A DNA stretch of 64,000 bases. Origin: the human T2T-CHM13v2.0 reference genome, Homo sapiens. Shown here piece by piece: positions 1-13,190 of this stretch. Within the stretch, counting starts at the first letter, position 1. Every line of letters starts with the position of its first letter. A program made the translations under genes and the position numbers. The notes under the pieces were generated by a model. It saw only the letters and a program-made list of their open reading frames with translations. It made no database searches and was not told the origin of the DNA. The stretch lies in the NCBI RefSeq assembly GCF_009914755.1, contig NC_060942.1. One strand, 5' to 3'.

Positions 1-636
1 TAGCCTTAGTTGCCTAGTAAGTAAGTGGTAGAGGGAATCGAACCTATGCATTCTGACCAGAGGCCTCTTGCCTTTAAACCACTACTCTTCAATTCCTATT
101 TAAAGCCATGAGACTGCGGTGTCACCCAGAAGGTTCTAGATAAAGAGGCTAAGACCAATTCCTGATGTTACTCCAAAATTTGAGTTAGGCAGAGGATGAG
201 GAGGCTGAAATGGAATGTGAGGTGGAGTGGGCAACGAGGGCAAAGGGCAAACAGAAGAACCATGGATTTGGATTCTCATGGACGCCAAGAGAAGAAAACA
301 TTAAGGGGAACAGGATAGGTTAACAGCTGCTGTGAGATACTGTGCTTTGAAGGGTAGAGAGAACAGAACTAATAGTTGGAGAGAAATGGGGATCAGGGGG
401 AGTTTTTTTTTTCTTATATTTTGAAACAAGGGTGATTCCAAGTCATGCTTAGTTAACAGGAATAATCCTTGAAATCAGGATGTGTACTAACAAGAACTTG
501 GAACATAAACTCACCTAAGAGAAAAAGCACTATTCTATCTACTGCCTCTCTTAAGAGGCTTTCTAGTATACACACAATTCCTAAGGAAGAAACAAATTGA
601 AGAAAATTAAAAGGAGCTAATGAGGAGCATACTTAC

Positions 637-720
637 TTATATTCATTTTCCACCATATTTTCAGGGTCTGCCTGTTCAATGGCTTCTTCAAAGAATTCCT
701 CCAAAGTGGGCATGTGTTCC
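637..720 (-). CDS. THOC1: THOC1 exon 18 ([28 protein letters not shown])
   Basis: 84 nt; CAG| acceptor inside the tandem repeat, |GTAAGT donor; gene continues left of the window. Confidence 0.96.
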
Positions 721-1468
721 CTGAGCGGTACAAAAATAACCAGTGAGGATGGCATATATTCTTAATAATAAATACTCATGAAGTGGTGGCAGGACAAGAT
801 TGTGGGCATGTGTTCCCTGAGCAGTACAAAAATAACCAGTGAGGATGGCATATACTCTTAATAATAAATACTCATAAAGTGGTGGCAGGACAAGATTGTG
901 GGCATGTGTTCCCTGAGCGGTACAAAATAACCAGTGAGGATGGCATATACTCTTAATAATAAATACTCATAAAGTGGTGGCAGGACAAGATTGTGGGCAT
1001 GTGTTCCCTGAGCGGTACAAAATAACCAGTGAGGATGGCATATACTCTTAATAATAAATACTCATAAAGTGGTGGCAGGACAAGATTGTGGGCATGTGTT
1101 CCCTGAGCGGTACAAAAATAACCAGTGAGGATGGCATATACTCTTAATAATAAATACTCATAAAGTGGTGGCAGGACAAGATTGTGGGCATGTGTTCCCT
1201 GAGCGGTACAAAATAACCAGTGAGGATGGCATATACTCTTAATAATAAATACTCATAAAGTGGTGGCAGGACAAGATTGTGGGCATGTGTTCCCTGAGCG
1301 GTACAAAATAACCAGTGAGGATGGCATATACTCTTAATAATAAATACTCATAAAGTGGTGGCAGGACAAGATTGTGGGCATGTGTTCCCTGAGCGGTACA
1401 AAATAACCAGTGAGGATGGCATATACTCTTAATAATAAATACTCATAAAGTGGTGGCAGGACAAGATT
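706..1468. repeat. Minisatellite/VNTR, 8 units of 95-96 bp overlapping the exon 18 acceptor
   Basis: Units start at 706, 802, 898, 993, 1088, 1184, 1279, 1374; nearly identical (A4/A5 indel and a few substitutions). Confidence 0.98.
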
Positions 1469-3533
1469 CTAATGGCCCCATACTTTTAGTTACAGTTTTG
1501 ATTACGTGGGAACTCCAGACTTTTAAGGAAGTAAAACCGTCAAAACTAAATTCAAAAAGGACAATAAATAAAGGGGATAGTCTAATACTAAATATTACAT
1601 AGTATTTACTACATATAATATTATATACTTTAATTACACACTATAATATATAAATATGTTGCTATTCAAAGAGGGCAGCCAGGGTATTTTATAGCATTTG
1701 AATTTTACCAGCAAATAAACTTTTACATTAAGTCCCTATCCACGAATTATTTTTTCTTTAAACCAGAATTAAACCAAAACTAATAATCAGACCATAATAC
1801 GATTTCAAGGGTTTAACCTTTAGCTCTTATTTAAATTGTTACCATGGTAGCATGGTTGATTTTTAAAATGCATCTTTCTTGAATTTGTTTTTAGAAATAA
1901 AATTTTGATACAGGGTCAAGCAAAGAAATGAGGTCTCAGGATCAGAAGACATCTTCTAGAGTAAAACTAGGAAAATGGGCTCTTTTAAGAAAACTATCCC
2001 AATATCCATTCATTTTCTAATGCTACAGATACTATATTCCATTTTATGAACATGCCCCAAGTTATCCATGTCCTACACAGAGATATTTGTCTTCCCACTC
2101 TTTGCTCTGACAATGTTAAATGAACATTCTTGCACCTGTCTCCTTGTAGATGAACTGATTTCTTTAGGCACTGGGCCTTCAAACTTCCACTGCAACCCAC
2201 AATAAGAAATTCATTTTACACTGCAACCCAGTACACACATATATGCAAGTATATGTACAGATATATATAAGTAAAGCTAATGCTTCACAAAAGTATATTT
2301 CCTATTTCATTTAAAAAATGCTAGTTGAAATTACTAAATTGACTTTACAAACCACCAATGATTCTCAAACTTAGTTTTTAAAAACACTATTCTGATCAAC
2401 ACACCTACTAGTGGGGCACAGACATCTTTAACATTCAGATAGAGTGACTGTGCCATCAGACTCCTACCAGCAGCACTGGCAAATTATTTTTATCCATAAT
2501 TCTTATAAAATCTGGGTATTTTTAAATTACTGAATCTCTTAGCTGGAAACTGCTTGCTGTAGTTTTTAACTGTACTTCCAGTTACTAGTGAAGTTCCCCG
2601 TCTTCTCAGAGGTTTATTAAGGTTTCTACTTCTGAATCTGACTATTCATTTGTACATTTTTCTACTGGGTTGATTCACTCTCACAGATTTGGCAGGAATC
2701 AATCATGTTAGAATTTTATCTATTTTTCCTGGTTTTTGTTTTTATTGATCTTCTCTTTTGATTTTGTTATCTTCTCTATTGTTTGTTGTCTATTTTACTG
2801 ATTTCTAATCTTATTTTACTTTCTACTTCTATGAGTTTACTTTTCTTCTGAATGACTCTCAGTGTCAGACTCTTATTAGCTTGGTTTTTAGATTTCATTC
2901 TTTTTGAAAGTGTAAACACTTAAGGCTATACATTTCTCTTCTGTGTTCTACTGAGTTAGATCTCAAAAGTCTGAACATGTAGTGTTTTCATTATTATTTA
3001 GCTCTACATTTTCCAATTTCCATTATGACTTCTTTGATTCAAGGGTTATTTAGAAGTGTGTTTAAAGGAGTTGTAAGTATTTTTGCTTTTGCTATTCACA
3101 CATAATTTACAAAAACTTGTGGTTTCTGTAAGACCAAGCCTGTTAATTATTTTGTTAAATTCTAAATGTATTACACTAAGTTTTTTCCACCAAATTTATT
3201 AAATTCTGAGAAAGGTCTGTCAAAATCCTACTAGATGGTAGGTTTTCTGGGTGGTGGTGGATGGTGAAAACTGACCCTGGGTCAACTTCTCATTCTAATT
3301 TTGTCAAATTTTTGAGAACACATTCTTAGAAAATAAAGTTTAAAATGTGTATATTTCTATTTTTTCCTTTTATCTTTATGCAATGATTGCCTTTATTTTT
3401 AATAATGCTTTCTGCTTTTAAGCCTTTTCTGCCTGATATCAATATAACTATGCCTTTTAAAAATTACGTCTTTTAAAAGTTCTTTCAGTTTCAACCTTTC
3501 CATATCTTTATTTTTAAGGTATATTTCTTATAA

Positions 3534-3849
<316 letters not shown>

Positions 3850-4440
3850 GATAGATCTTTAAAATATAACACCAATTTCTGTCTTTGAGCCAGAAAGTCC
3901 ATTTCCATTTATATTTGAATTTAACCATACTGTTTTGTACTTTCTGTTGTGTTTTCTGTGCTTTTTTCCTCCTCTCCTACCTTCTAATTTACTTGCTTAA
4001 ATTTTCTGTATTTACTTTTACCCCTCAATTTATTTAAAAATTACATATTCCATTTCTTTCACATACTTTACAAGCATGTTTGACTTAAACCATAACATTC
4101 TTTAATTCTGACCACCCCTTCTTGTCTTACATGTCACTTTTATCAAGTTTACCTTTTAAAATAACCCTAAATAATAATTATTACTATTTTATAACAGTGA
4201 ATTCTTGATAAGATTTATTCAGATTTCTTCATGTTTACCAAAGTGTCTACACAGTAATCCTTTCTGCAATTTACTCCTTTCTGGGTTCAGTTTCCTTAAG
4301 ACAGCTTTTTTACTGGGGACTGTTGATAATTTCTCATAGTTTTAGTCAATCACTCAACCACAACTGTTTAACTTGTTACAGAATTTTTTAGTTGAAATGT
4401 TGAAAAAGCAAGTAATACTTCTAGAAATGAGAAAATATAG

Positions 4441-5052
4441 TCATTGAATTTACAAAACGAGCAGGTTTAACAGCAGTCTGGACATAGGGAAAGTAAGAAT
4501 TACTGGATTAATGATTAAGAAATCACCCAGAAAGCAATACAGAAGGAGCAAGAGTTGGAAACGATGAGTTAATGATAGTTGAGGAGGTCCAGCAAACATC
4601 TAATGGCAGAAAGAAATAATAGAGAATGTGAAAGACATTTTCAAGCACTCATCCCACTGTCTTCTGATTTTTGTTGTTCTTGAAGTCAACTGTTAGTTTA
4701 ACTTTGCTCCTTTGTAGGTTGTCTGTTTTTTCTCTCTGGTGACTTTATTATCATGTACAGAGATATGGATTTATTTGGTTTATCCTCCTTAAGTATTATA
4801 CTTCTTGAACCTATGAATTCATGCCTATTCTTAATAATTAACTCAATTATTGCCTCTTTCCCATTCTCTATTATTTCTTTCTGCCATCAGATGTTTGCTG
4901 GACCTCCTCAACTATCATTAAGTCATCGTTTCTAACTCTGCTCCTTCTGTATTGCTTTCTGGGTGATTTCTTAATCATTAATTAACCCATTAATTCTTAC
5001 TTTACCTATGTCTAGACTGCTATTAAACTTGCCCATTTTGCAAGTTCAACGA
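4441..5052. repeat. Inverted duplication, ~195-bp arms (4441-4635 / 4855-5052), ~219-bp spacer
   Basis: Arms are reverse complements with perfect blocks of about 40 and 32 bp. Confidence 0.92.
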
Positions 5053-5381
5053 ACTTTTGTGACTATTAAAACCCAAGTTCCCTGGTTCTCAAAGCTGGCA
5101 ATCATTAGTACTGCTGCCCTAGAACCGTATCAGTTCATAGGCTTACTCTTCTGTTTGTAGTTTTGATTCCTTTTGTGAATCTTTATTTTTTTGTGATTTC
5201 TAAAATTATTTTATCAGCACTTTGAGGAGTTTTATGGTGGGAAGTTACACGCTGCTGTGCCAAAAGTCAACCACAATAAACTTTTAAATTTCATTTGAGC
5301 TCTGATCATAGCTGAGAAAAGGCTCCATTCTACTCAACACTTGACAAAAGCAACACTTCATTTGAAAAATGTTCAACTTGC

Positions 5382-5447
5382 CTTGTCTCTGATTTACAGG
5401 CTTCCATATTATCAGGGCAAAGATTCCAAAGCCTTGTTAACTCCTCA
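5382..5447 (-). CDS. THOC1: THOC1 exon 17 ([22 protein letters not shown])
   Basis: 66 nt; TAG| acceptor; frame-compatible donor is non-canonical AAG|GCAAGT. Confidence 0.95.
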
Positions 5448-6024
5448 CTACAAAATAGACACAGAAATAAATACATTTTTTATGGACACCATCCTCATGT
5501 GCCTTGAAACTGAACAGAAAAACAATACAATGTAAACAGTGGATTTGGGGATGTTGACAGTATGAGTTTTACTTTTCTCAATAATTTTTGGTATTTAAAA
5601 TACCTAAAATTATTCTCTATATGAGCATATAATCATTAATCATGACTAATGATAATGATATAATCTTTAGTTTTTTCTAAAAATATTCCAGCACAATATA
5701 AAGCAATGAATAGTTAACTGGAAGGTAAGAGAACTCAAGGATTATGGTACCTTGCAACAACTGGAATCTAAACAATTCTACTGTCTGAAACGGAAAAAAT
5801 GGCACAGCCTAGAGACACAGATTTTGGAAGCTGGAGACAAAATGAAGGTTTATCTGGTGCATGAACCCACACAATGGGCAGTATAGACAGTGCGGTTTGC
5901 TTTGGCTATCTATGTGTGTACCAAACACAATCTCATACTATATTTTGGATGGAGAGTTCTTAAAGTAACATCTTCAAAATATAAAAATAACTAAGAACAT
6001 CCCACATGAAGACAAATTCACCTA

Positions 6025-6544
<520 letters not shown>

Positions 6545-6830
6545 TCATATTATGATAGAACAATTATCAGATATAAGATAAAAATGCCACATTATATGGC
6601 AAATTACACGGAGTAGATATACAGTATTCTTCTCAATAATAAGATGTTTGTTCCAGGAATTTAATGACAAGAAATTTATGAGGTTTAAAAAATACAGAGG
6701 TAAATCAAAGTGGTTGTACTCTTACAAAGTTCAACTTACATTTTTTATGTGAAATATATACATGTATTTTTACATGCTATAATCATATCGGAGCACATTT
6801 TCAAAAGCCTTTCTCGTCGTTCTTGTGATG

Positions 6831-6874
6831 AGTATGTATTTACCTTTCTTTCAGTATGTATTTACCTTTCTTTC
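6831..6874. repeat. Perfect 22-bp tandem duplication across the exon 15 donor
   Basis: agtatgtatttacctttctttc at 6831-6852 and 6853-6874. Confidence 0.97.
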
Positions 6875-6936
6875 ACAAAACTTGGGCAACCTTCATTTTT
6901 CCACGAGTTCCAGTTTTCTTCAGTGTTTAATATATG
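6866..6936 (-). CDS. THOC1: THOC1 exon 15 (HILNTEENWNSWKNEGCPSFVKE)
   Basis: 71 nt; CAG| acceptor, AAG|GTAAAT donor (duplicated, see findings). Confidence 0.96.
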
Positions 6937-7030
6937 CTGGGAAAAACAAAGCGATTACATTTTGGTTAGTGGAATCCTCTGAAGTTCTATTTCGTGCTAA
7001 GAAGAGGATGTAAGCATAAAAAACACATAC

Positions 7031-7081
7031 CTCTACCATCTTTGAAAATCTTTCTCCATCGGGGGGGTTTTCAGATAGTAG
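7031..7081 (-). CDS. THOC1: THOC1 exon 14 (LLSENPPDGERFSKMVE)
   Basis: 51 nt; CAG| acceptor, GAG|GTATGT donor. Confidence 0.97.
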
Positions 7082-7230
7082 CTGTGATTAGAAAGAATAT
7101 ACTAAGCTTTCAACAACTTTCTGCATCATAGGAGTGGTTTGTAGGCAGAGAACCAAGGAGTGTTTGTGGTCTTGTACCTGAGCTTAACTTTATCCTTATT
7201 TTCCTATTTGGGGCTGAAACAAAGAAAATC

Positions 7231-7278
7231 CTAAATTTCCATTTTTTCAATCATGGGTTTGTTGCGTGTTGAACTTAC
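7231..7278 (-). CDS. THOC1: Intron-13 read-through tail of a short THOC1 isoform (VSSTRNKPMIEKMEI*)
   Basis: In-frame continuation past the exon 13 donor gives 15 aa + TAG (377-aa product); agrees with my recollection of the short p84N5s isoform. Confidence 0.65.
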   Translation of the reverse strand, partial: VSSTRNKPMIEKMEI

Positions 7279-7345
7279 TTGATAAACTGATTTTGTAGTA
7301 TCTTCAATCCAAAGTGATTGCTCATCAGTTAAAACATAGTTTGAA
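7279..7345 (-). CDS. THOC1: THOC1 exon 13 (SSNYVLTDEQSLWIEDTTKSVYQ)
   Basis: 67 nt; TAG| acceptor, CAA|GTAAGT donor. Confidence 0.97.
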
Positions 7346-8742
7346 CTAGGGAACAAAGCAATGAAAGCATGCTTGAGTTACAGCAATGCATATGCAACTT
7401 TAAGGTTTAAAAAACACAAGGCATGTAACATGTAACTATACTGTGGATAGTGTCAAAAATTACCAAGACAAGAATAATCACAAATGAGAGGATTATAAGA
7501 GAAAATTCTTGCACTTCTTCCTCAAGAGGGTTGGTACTGAAGACATAAAAGCATATGCAGGGAATAAAACATTCAATTAATCAATCAGATTCACTATGAA
7601 CAGAGCAATATATGTTTCCTAAAATAAGCTGAGTGTGAAACGAAAACTTCTGATTTGATATTAAGATATGTGTATACATGATGCACATTCAGTATGGCAT
7701 GCTACATTAAGATTCATTCAAAATACAACGAATAAAACACCCAAACCCTAGAAAAGGCAACAGGCAAACCCAAATTGTTAATAGCTGCCACTAACTGAGC
7801 TCTCATAATGCACTAGGTGATTTAAAGACATCCAATAAATATTGATGGCTAGGATCTGAACACTTTACATACATTATTCATTGAATTCTCGGAACAAGTA
7901 CATGTACATATTAAACAGAGACTACCGTGTCTCACTGATTTGCCCAAGGCCATAAAGATTTAATTCAAACCCACGTCTCACTTCAAAGTCCCTCATCTTC
8001 CTACTATGCTATACCAAACCTCCAAAATAGATAGAAGGATAAGAAATAACATTTTTTGAGTGTTTACCATGTGCTACTACCTTAAAATTACAAGTCTGAA
8101 AGAGCTGCACTGCAGCCAGCAAATGACGAGCCTGGGATTCAAACCCAGCAGGTAGTGAAGTCATTATACAACTAATACGGCATTGCTCAGTGTCCTTAAC
8201 ACAAATACCGTTAAGTAACAGTGGGCTCCACCTTCAGTTATGGACAGGATAGGAGGAAATGGATGGAAGTATTTAGATAGACAGTAGAGAGCCTAATGAG
8301 GTTTTGTGAAACCCCAAATAAATGAACTCCTTTTTGCTTAAAAATTTTCTTTGCATCTTTTAGCTTGAATGTCCTGCAGAGCTCCACACCTTGTGAGATA
8401 TGTATTACTGGCTTAGTCTGCAAATCAGCTTTGGAGGAGGTCTGAGGGAGGTGAGAAGGGAATGACGGAATTTTGGAGCAGAGACCTCCACCTGCTAATA
8501 AAGACGACAACTCCTGGCAAGCCCTGGAGTTGGGCAGGAAAAACTCACACTGACAGATATATTTAACATCTTTTCCTTAAATATCCTAATATCGAAAAGC
8601 CTTCAATGTATCAGCTGCAATACATGTGTTTTAGGGATACAGCCTTAACATGAAATGGACACATACATAAGAAAAATCGTAAGCAAGTCCTTTTTTTTCT
8701 TGGCTACTGTTTACAAATTGTTTACTACCCATATTATCTTAC

Positions 8743-8843
8743 CTTTTGAATTTGACCTGCCCCTTGAGATATTGGAATAAAATGAGATACTGCAACAGGA
8801 TGTGTCGACGAAAGTTACTGTCACTCAGTTGTAAATCCATCAG
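8743..8843 (-). CDS. THOC1: THOC1 exon 12 (LMDLQLSDSNFRRHILLQYLILFQYLKGQVKFK)
   Basis: 101 nt; TAG| acceptor, AAG|GTAAGA donor; follows the 19.4-kb intron 11. Confidence 0.97.
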
Positions 8844-9136
8844 CTACTCAAGAAACAAGCAAACACATACGAAAACAACACATTAAAATCAAGTTTTTCC
8901 TAAAGGTACAAAATGTGCTAATATAGAAATGGAAGATTCCAATTCAATTTAAAAGCCATTTGTTGAGAGTTCACTGCATGTGAGGCATTACCGCACAAGC
9001 CCAAAGACAGCCCAGTCAAGGTTTCACTTAGATTTCTTGACTGTTTTATGCCATGACACATTCTTGCTGGTGGATAACAATGATCTATCTATGGTCCAGA
9101 CATGAGGATAAAATAAAGCAGAAATAGAAAAAAGTA

Positions 9137-9263
9137 AGCTGGGCATGGTGGCACAAAGCCTATTATAGTCCCAGCTACTCAGGAAGCTGAGAAGGAGGAT
9201 CACTTGAGCTCAGGAGTTCGAGATCAGTCTGAGCAACATAGCAAGACTCTAAATTTAAAAAAA
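9137..9263 (+). mobile_element. Alu monomer (FLAM-like)
   Basis: Single arm with B box GTTCGAG and A-tail. Confidence 0.8.
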
Positions 9264-10346
9264 AAATTTTTTTTTAAAGTAAAACTGAGGCTACTACTTT
9301 CTCACATATGAAGAAATAATGGCTAAAGAAGATACGGATAACAGCACAATATCAACGGGGACCACTCATTTTTGTAGCCCTATAAAGTGCCTGCAACAGA
9401 GGTATTACTTGACAATAAACAAGAAATTAGAGGTGAAGATCATCTCTGATTAGATGGGCTTTTTTTTTTAGCTTTTAGTGAAAATTGCATCATACTTGTA
9501 TTATCACAGAATCTGGATTAGAAAGGACTTGAAGGTCACTCATGAGGAAGTTCTTCAACGACCCTGCCATCCAGCTGTAAGAATAACCTGCGGCGATGAA
9601 GGAAGGTCATTCTGATTATGTGCATGGAACACTGAAGGAAGGCTGAAGTCTGTATCCACAAACTCATGCTAGTTCTGCCTTCAAAAACTACAGTAACAAA
9701 GGAAAGCCACGTTCTTCTAAATGAATCGCCAGTAAGGCAGCTGGAAGCGTCGAAGATTGGTTTTGGTTCAATGTCCCAAGTGCTGGTGGCTCTGCTTTAC
9801 GTGGTTGGTACCATTTACTAATGCTACCTAACACGCACAAGCCTCCCTATTCACTAGCAACCCCTTCCACACTGTGGCTCCAGGTCTTAAAAAAAAAAAT
9901 TAATGATCAGCCTTCCAGTCAGGTTTCCCTCACGTTTAAGGATTGAATATATTTGATTGTTATTTATATTAACTCTCCTATCCCAAATTGGAAATGTGAA
10001 TGGCCGGCCATCAGCCTTCCCTTCCTCCAGCCCCTGGGCAACTTGACTGTCTCCACTCAGGCTGTTAGTTCCTTGCCCTTAACTCCACGGACAGGCCCAT
10101 CTCTGCTCCAGCTACCCACTACTGTGGCCACAGCTAGACCTGGGGTCACTCACAGCTGCCCCAGATCTGAAGTCTTCAACTCACAATCCTATCTCACCAC
10201 AACCTCTATCCTTCCCAGGTCTCTCGCTCAGTTGCTTCCAATATACCTAATATTTGGATCTTACCGAGACTTTAAGGCCCTTGACCCGTCTATTCTCTGC
10301 CTGTTAGTCCCATCCCATTTTATTATAATCCTATTTTAGTCTAGAT

Positions 10347-10552
10347 AAGGGGTCAGCAAACTTTTTCCTGAAGTGTCAAATAGTAAGTATTTTTATTAAT
10401 AGGTTATGTGGGCTAAGAGACATATTATGGATATTATGTAGGTATTTAAACATCTAAAATGTAAGGGGGAAAAAAAAACCAAAATCACCAAAAACAACCA
10501 ACACAGGTGGTGGGCCAGATTTGGCCTATAGGCTATAGTCTGCCAACTCCTG
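10347..10552 (+). mobile_element. MER58-type hAT-Charlie MITE
   Basis: TIRs aggggtcagcaaa / tgccaactcctg; 8-bp TSD gtctagat/gtctagac. Confidence 0.8.
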
Positions 10553-11341
10553 GTCTAGACTTCATGGTTAATCTCTTCGGCCATTTTCTTGCCAACTTCA
10601 ACACACTTGTCCCATATTTCTTCTGTCATGTCTAGTGAGCAAACAGCAACCTTGAATAAACCAACTGTTAGTCACCTTCTCTATACCAACCCTCAGGATT
10701 CCAATCTCAGCTGAAAGTGAGGTGCCTGAGTGAATACCCCAAATTACACAGCTATGCAGAAGGCACCACTGGTATGTTGTCACCACCTTAAACATCTGTT
10801 TTTAATCAGCAATCTTTCTTTATTCTTCAAGGCCATTCTCTCTCCTACTCTTCACAGTAATGATTTTCAACCCTTTCCACTTAGCAAAAATACTACTTTA
10901 CCACCCCTTCTCACTTTCAGTAGATAACTACTTTTGCCTTCAATGAGAAGAAAAATTAAATTGGAAAGCATTTCATTTCTTGGCCCCCAAAATGACAAAT
11001 CAGCTGCACCTACACCTTTGTTTACTTCATTTCCTTCTGTCACAACTCCTTCACGGCTAAAGGTATTCCATCTGGATTACCTTCCATCTGGAATCCCAAT
11101 ATCCCTAACAATTGAGTTCCATCAACTAACTGCCCTGGTTTCTGTATCTACAACCTATTCTTTCCAAGCTCCTTTCCATAAGCATTAAATAAGCTCCCTC
11201 AAAAATCTCCCACATTCTCACCTAACCCTTTAACAGCAAAGCTTCTTAAAATAATTGACTATAGGCACTGTTGCCAATCAGCTCCTCAACCTGCTATCAT
11301 CTGACCGCCTCATCCACTAATCCATTGAAAGTGTTTTTGTC

Positions 11342-11665
<324 letters not shown>

Positions 11666-12680
11666 TTATTTGTTGTTAAATCCTGTGAACACTCTTTACT
11701 GTCCTCATCCTACTTGATATGCTTGGCTTCCATGAGTGCATGCTTTTCTAGTTTTTCTCTAATCTCACAGGTTACTCTTCAATCTTCTCCTCTTCTCCCT
11801 TCATTCTCCCTTAAACATGGGTTTTCTTCGGGATTTCAGTATTTTCTTCTCTTCTGAATCTACACTCTCCCCTTTAGCTCATTTCATACACTCTACAGTT
11901 TGAATTACCATTTATAAACTGGTAACTCCTACAACTATACTCTCAACCTAGATCTTGTTCCTAGTCTCCAGCTTTGTACACTAGACAACCTATCACACAT
12001 CTCTACCTGAATGTTCAACTGACACCTGATCAGATTTCATGAACAAAGTAAAACATCAATTTCCTCCACAAAAGCTGTTCTCCAGCATTGGCTAATTCAA
12101 TGAGAGGCTCCAACATCCATTTGCCCAAGCAACTCTAGGAAGGCTTCCTGGAGAAAGCAGCATCTAAACTCTCAACAAGGAACAAACCTAAAGGTGGAGA
12201 GTGGGGGTTGGGGGATGGGGGTGCAAGAAGGGGAGCCAAATAAGAGACTGGCCTATTTGAAGGACCGAAGTACACAGTTCAATACATCTGGAGTAGAGAT
12301 GTGAACCCCTAGCTTAAAGAGACGAACCAAAGTGGCTAGGTGATGCTTACTAGCTGTTCATTTTATTTTTTTATGTTGAAAGATTTTCCTTGATAGAAAC
12401 AATGGATTGAAAATAGGAGTCAACAAAACACTGAATCAGGGGTGGAAAGGACCTAATGTGATTCAAGCTAACTGCTTCACATTATACTTAAGGAAACTAG
12501 GTCCAGAAAAGTTAAAACTACCTAGGCAAGATTACACAGCTAGTTAGTGACACAGCTGAGAGTAAAACTAATACACTCAATTGTACCCTTTCTTTCATAA
12601 TATCTACTATCTAGTTCCATTTTTCTTTGGTTATTTAAAAAATTATATCATTTACACTATGTCATGGGTCAAACATTTCA

Positions 12681-12993
12681 TTATTATTATTTTTAGCGAC
12701 AGGGTCTCACTCTGCTTCTCAGGCTGGAGTGCAATGGCACCATCATAGCTCACTGCAGCCTTGAACTCAGGGGCTCAACCAATTCTCTCGCCTCAGCCTC
12801 CTGAGTAGCTAGGACCACCGGCATATGCCACAATGCCCAGCTAATTTTTTTCTTTTAAATTTTTTGTAGAGACAGAGTCTCACTTTGTTGCCCAGGCTGT
12901 TGTGAACTCCAGGCTGTTTTGAACTTCAAGCAATCCTGCAGCCTCAGCCTTACAAAGTGCTGGGATTACAGGTGTAGGCCATCATGCCTGGCC
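12681..12993 (-). mobile_element. AluJ
   Basis: Diverged dimer. Confidence 0.9.
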
Positions 12994-13049
12994 CAAATGT
13001 TTCTTTGTAAATGTCTTTGTATCTTGAGCAAAGGGCTTTTATTATCCTT

Positions 13050-13190
13050 AGCTGTATGTATGTATGTATTTAGTACAGAAGGGTCTCGCTATGTTGCCCA
13101 GGCTGAACTTGAACTCCTAGGCCCAAGTGATCCTCCCGCCCTGGTCTCCTAAATAGCTGGAACTTCAGGCATACATCACTGGACTAGGCT
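13050..13190 (-). mobile_element. Alu monomer (FLAM-like)
   Basis: Single arm with (TATG)n tail. Confidence 0.75.

Noticed and set aside
706-1468. Regular repeats resembling a CRISPR array
   Set aside because: Whole units are repeated with no unique spacers; the context is eukaryotic and there are no cas genes. It is a minisatellite.
12203-12233. G-quadruplex-like G5-G5-G5-G4 run
   Set aside because: One loop is 8 nt, it lies in degenerate repeat sequence on the template strand, and there is no other support.
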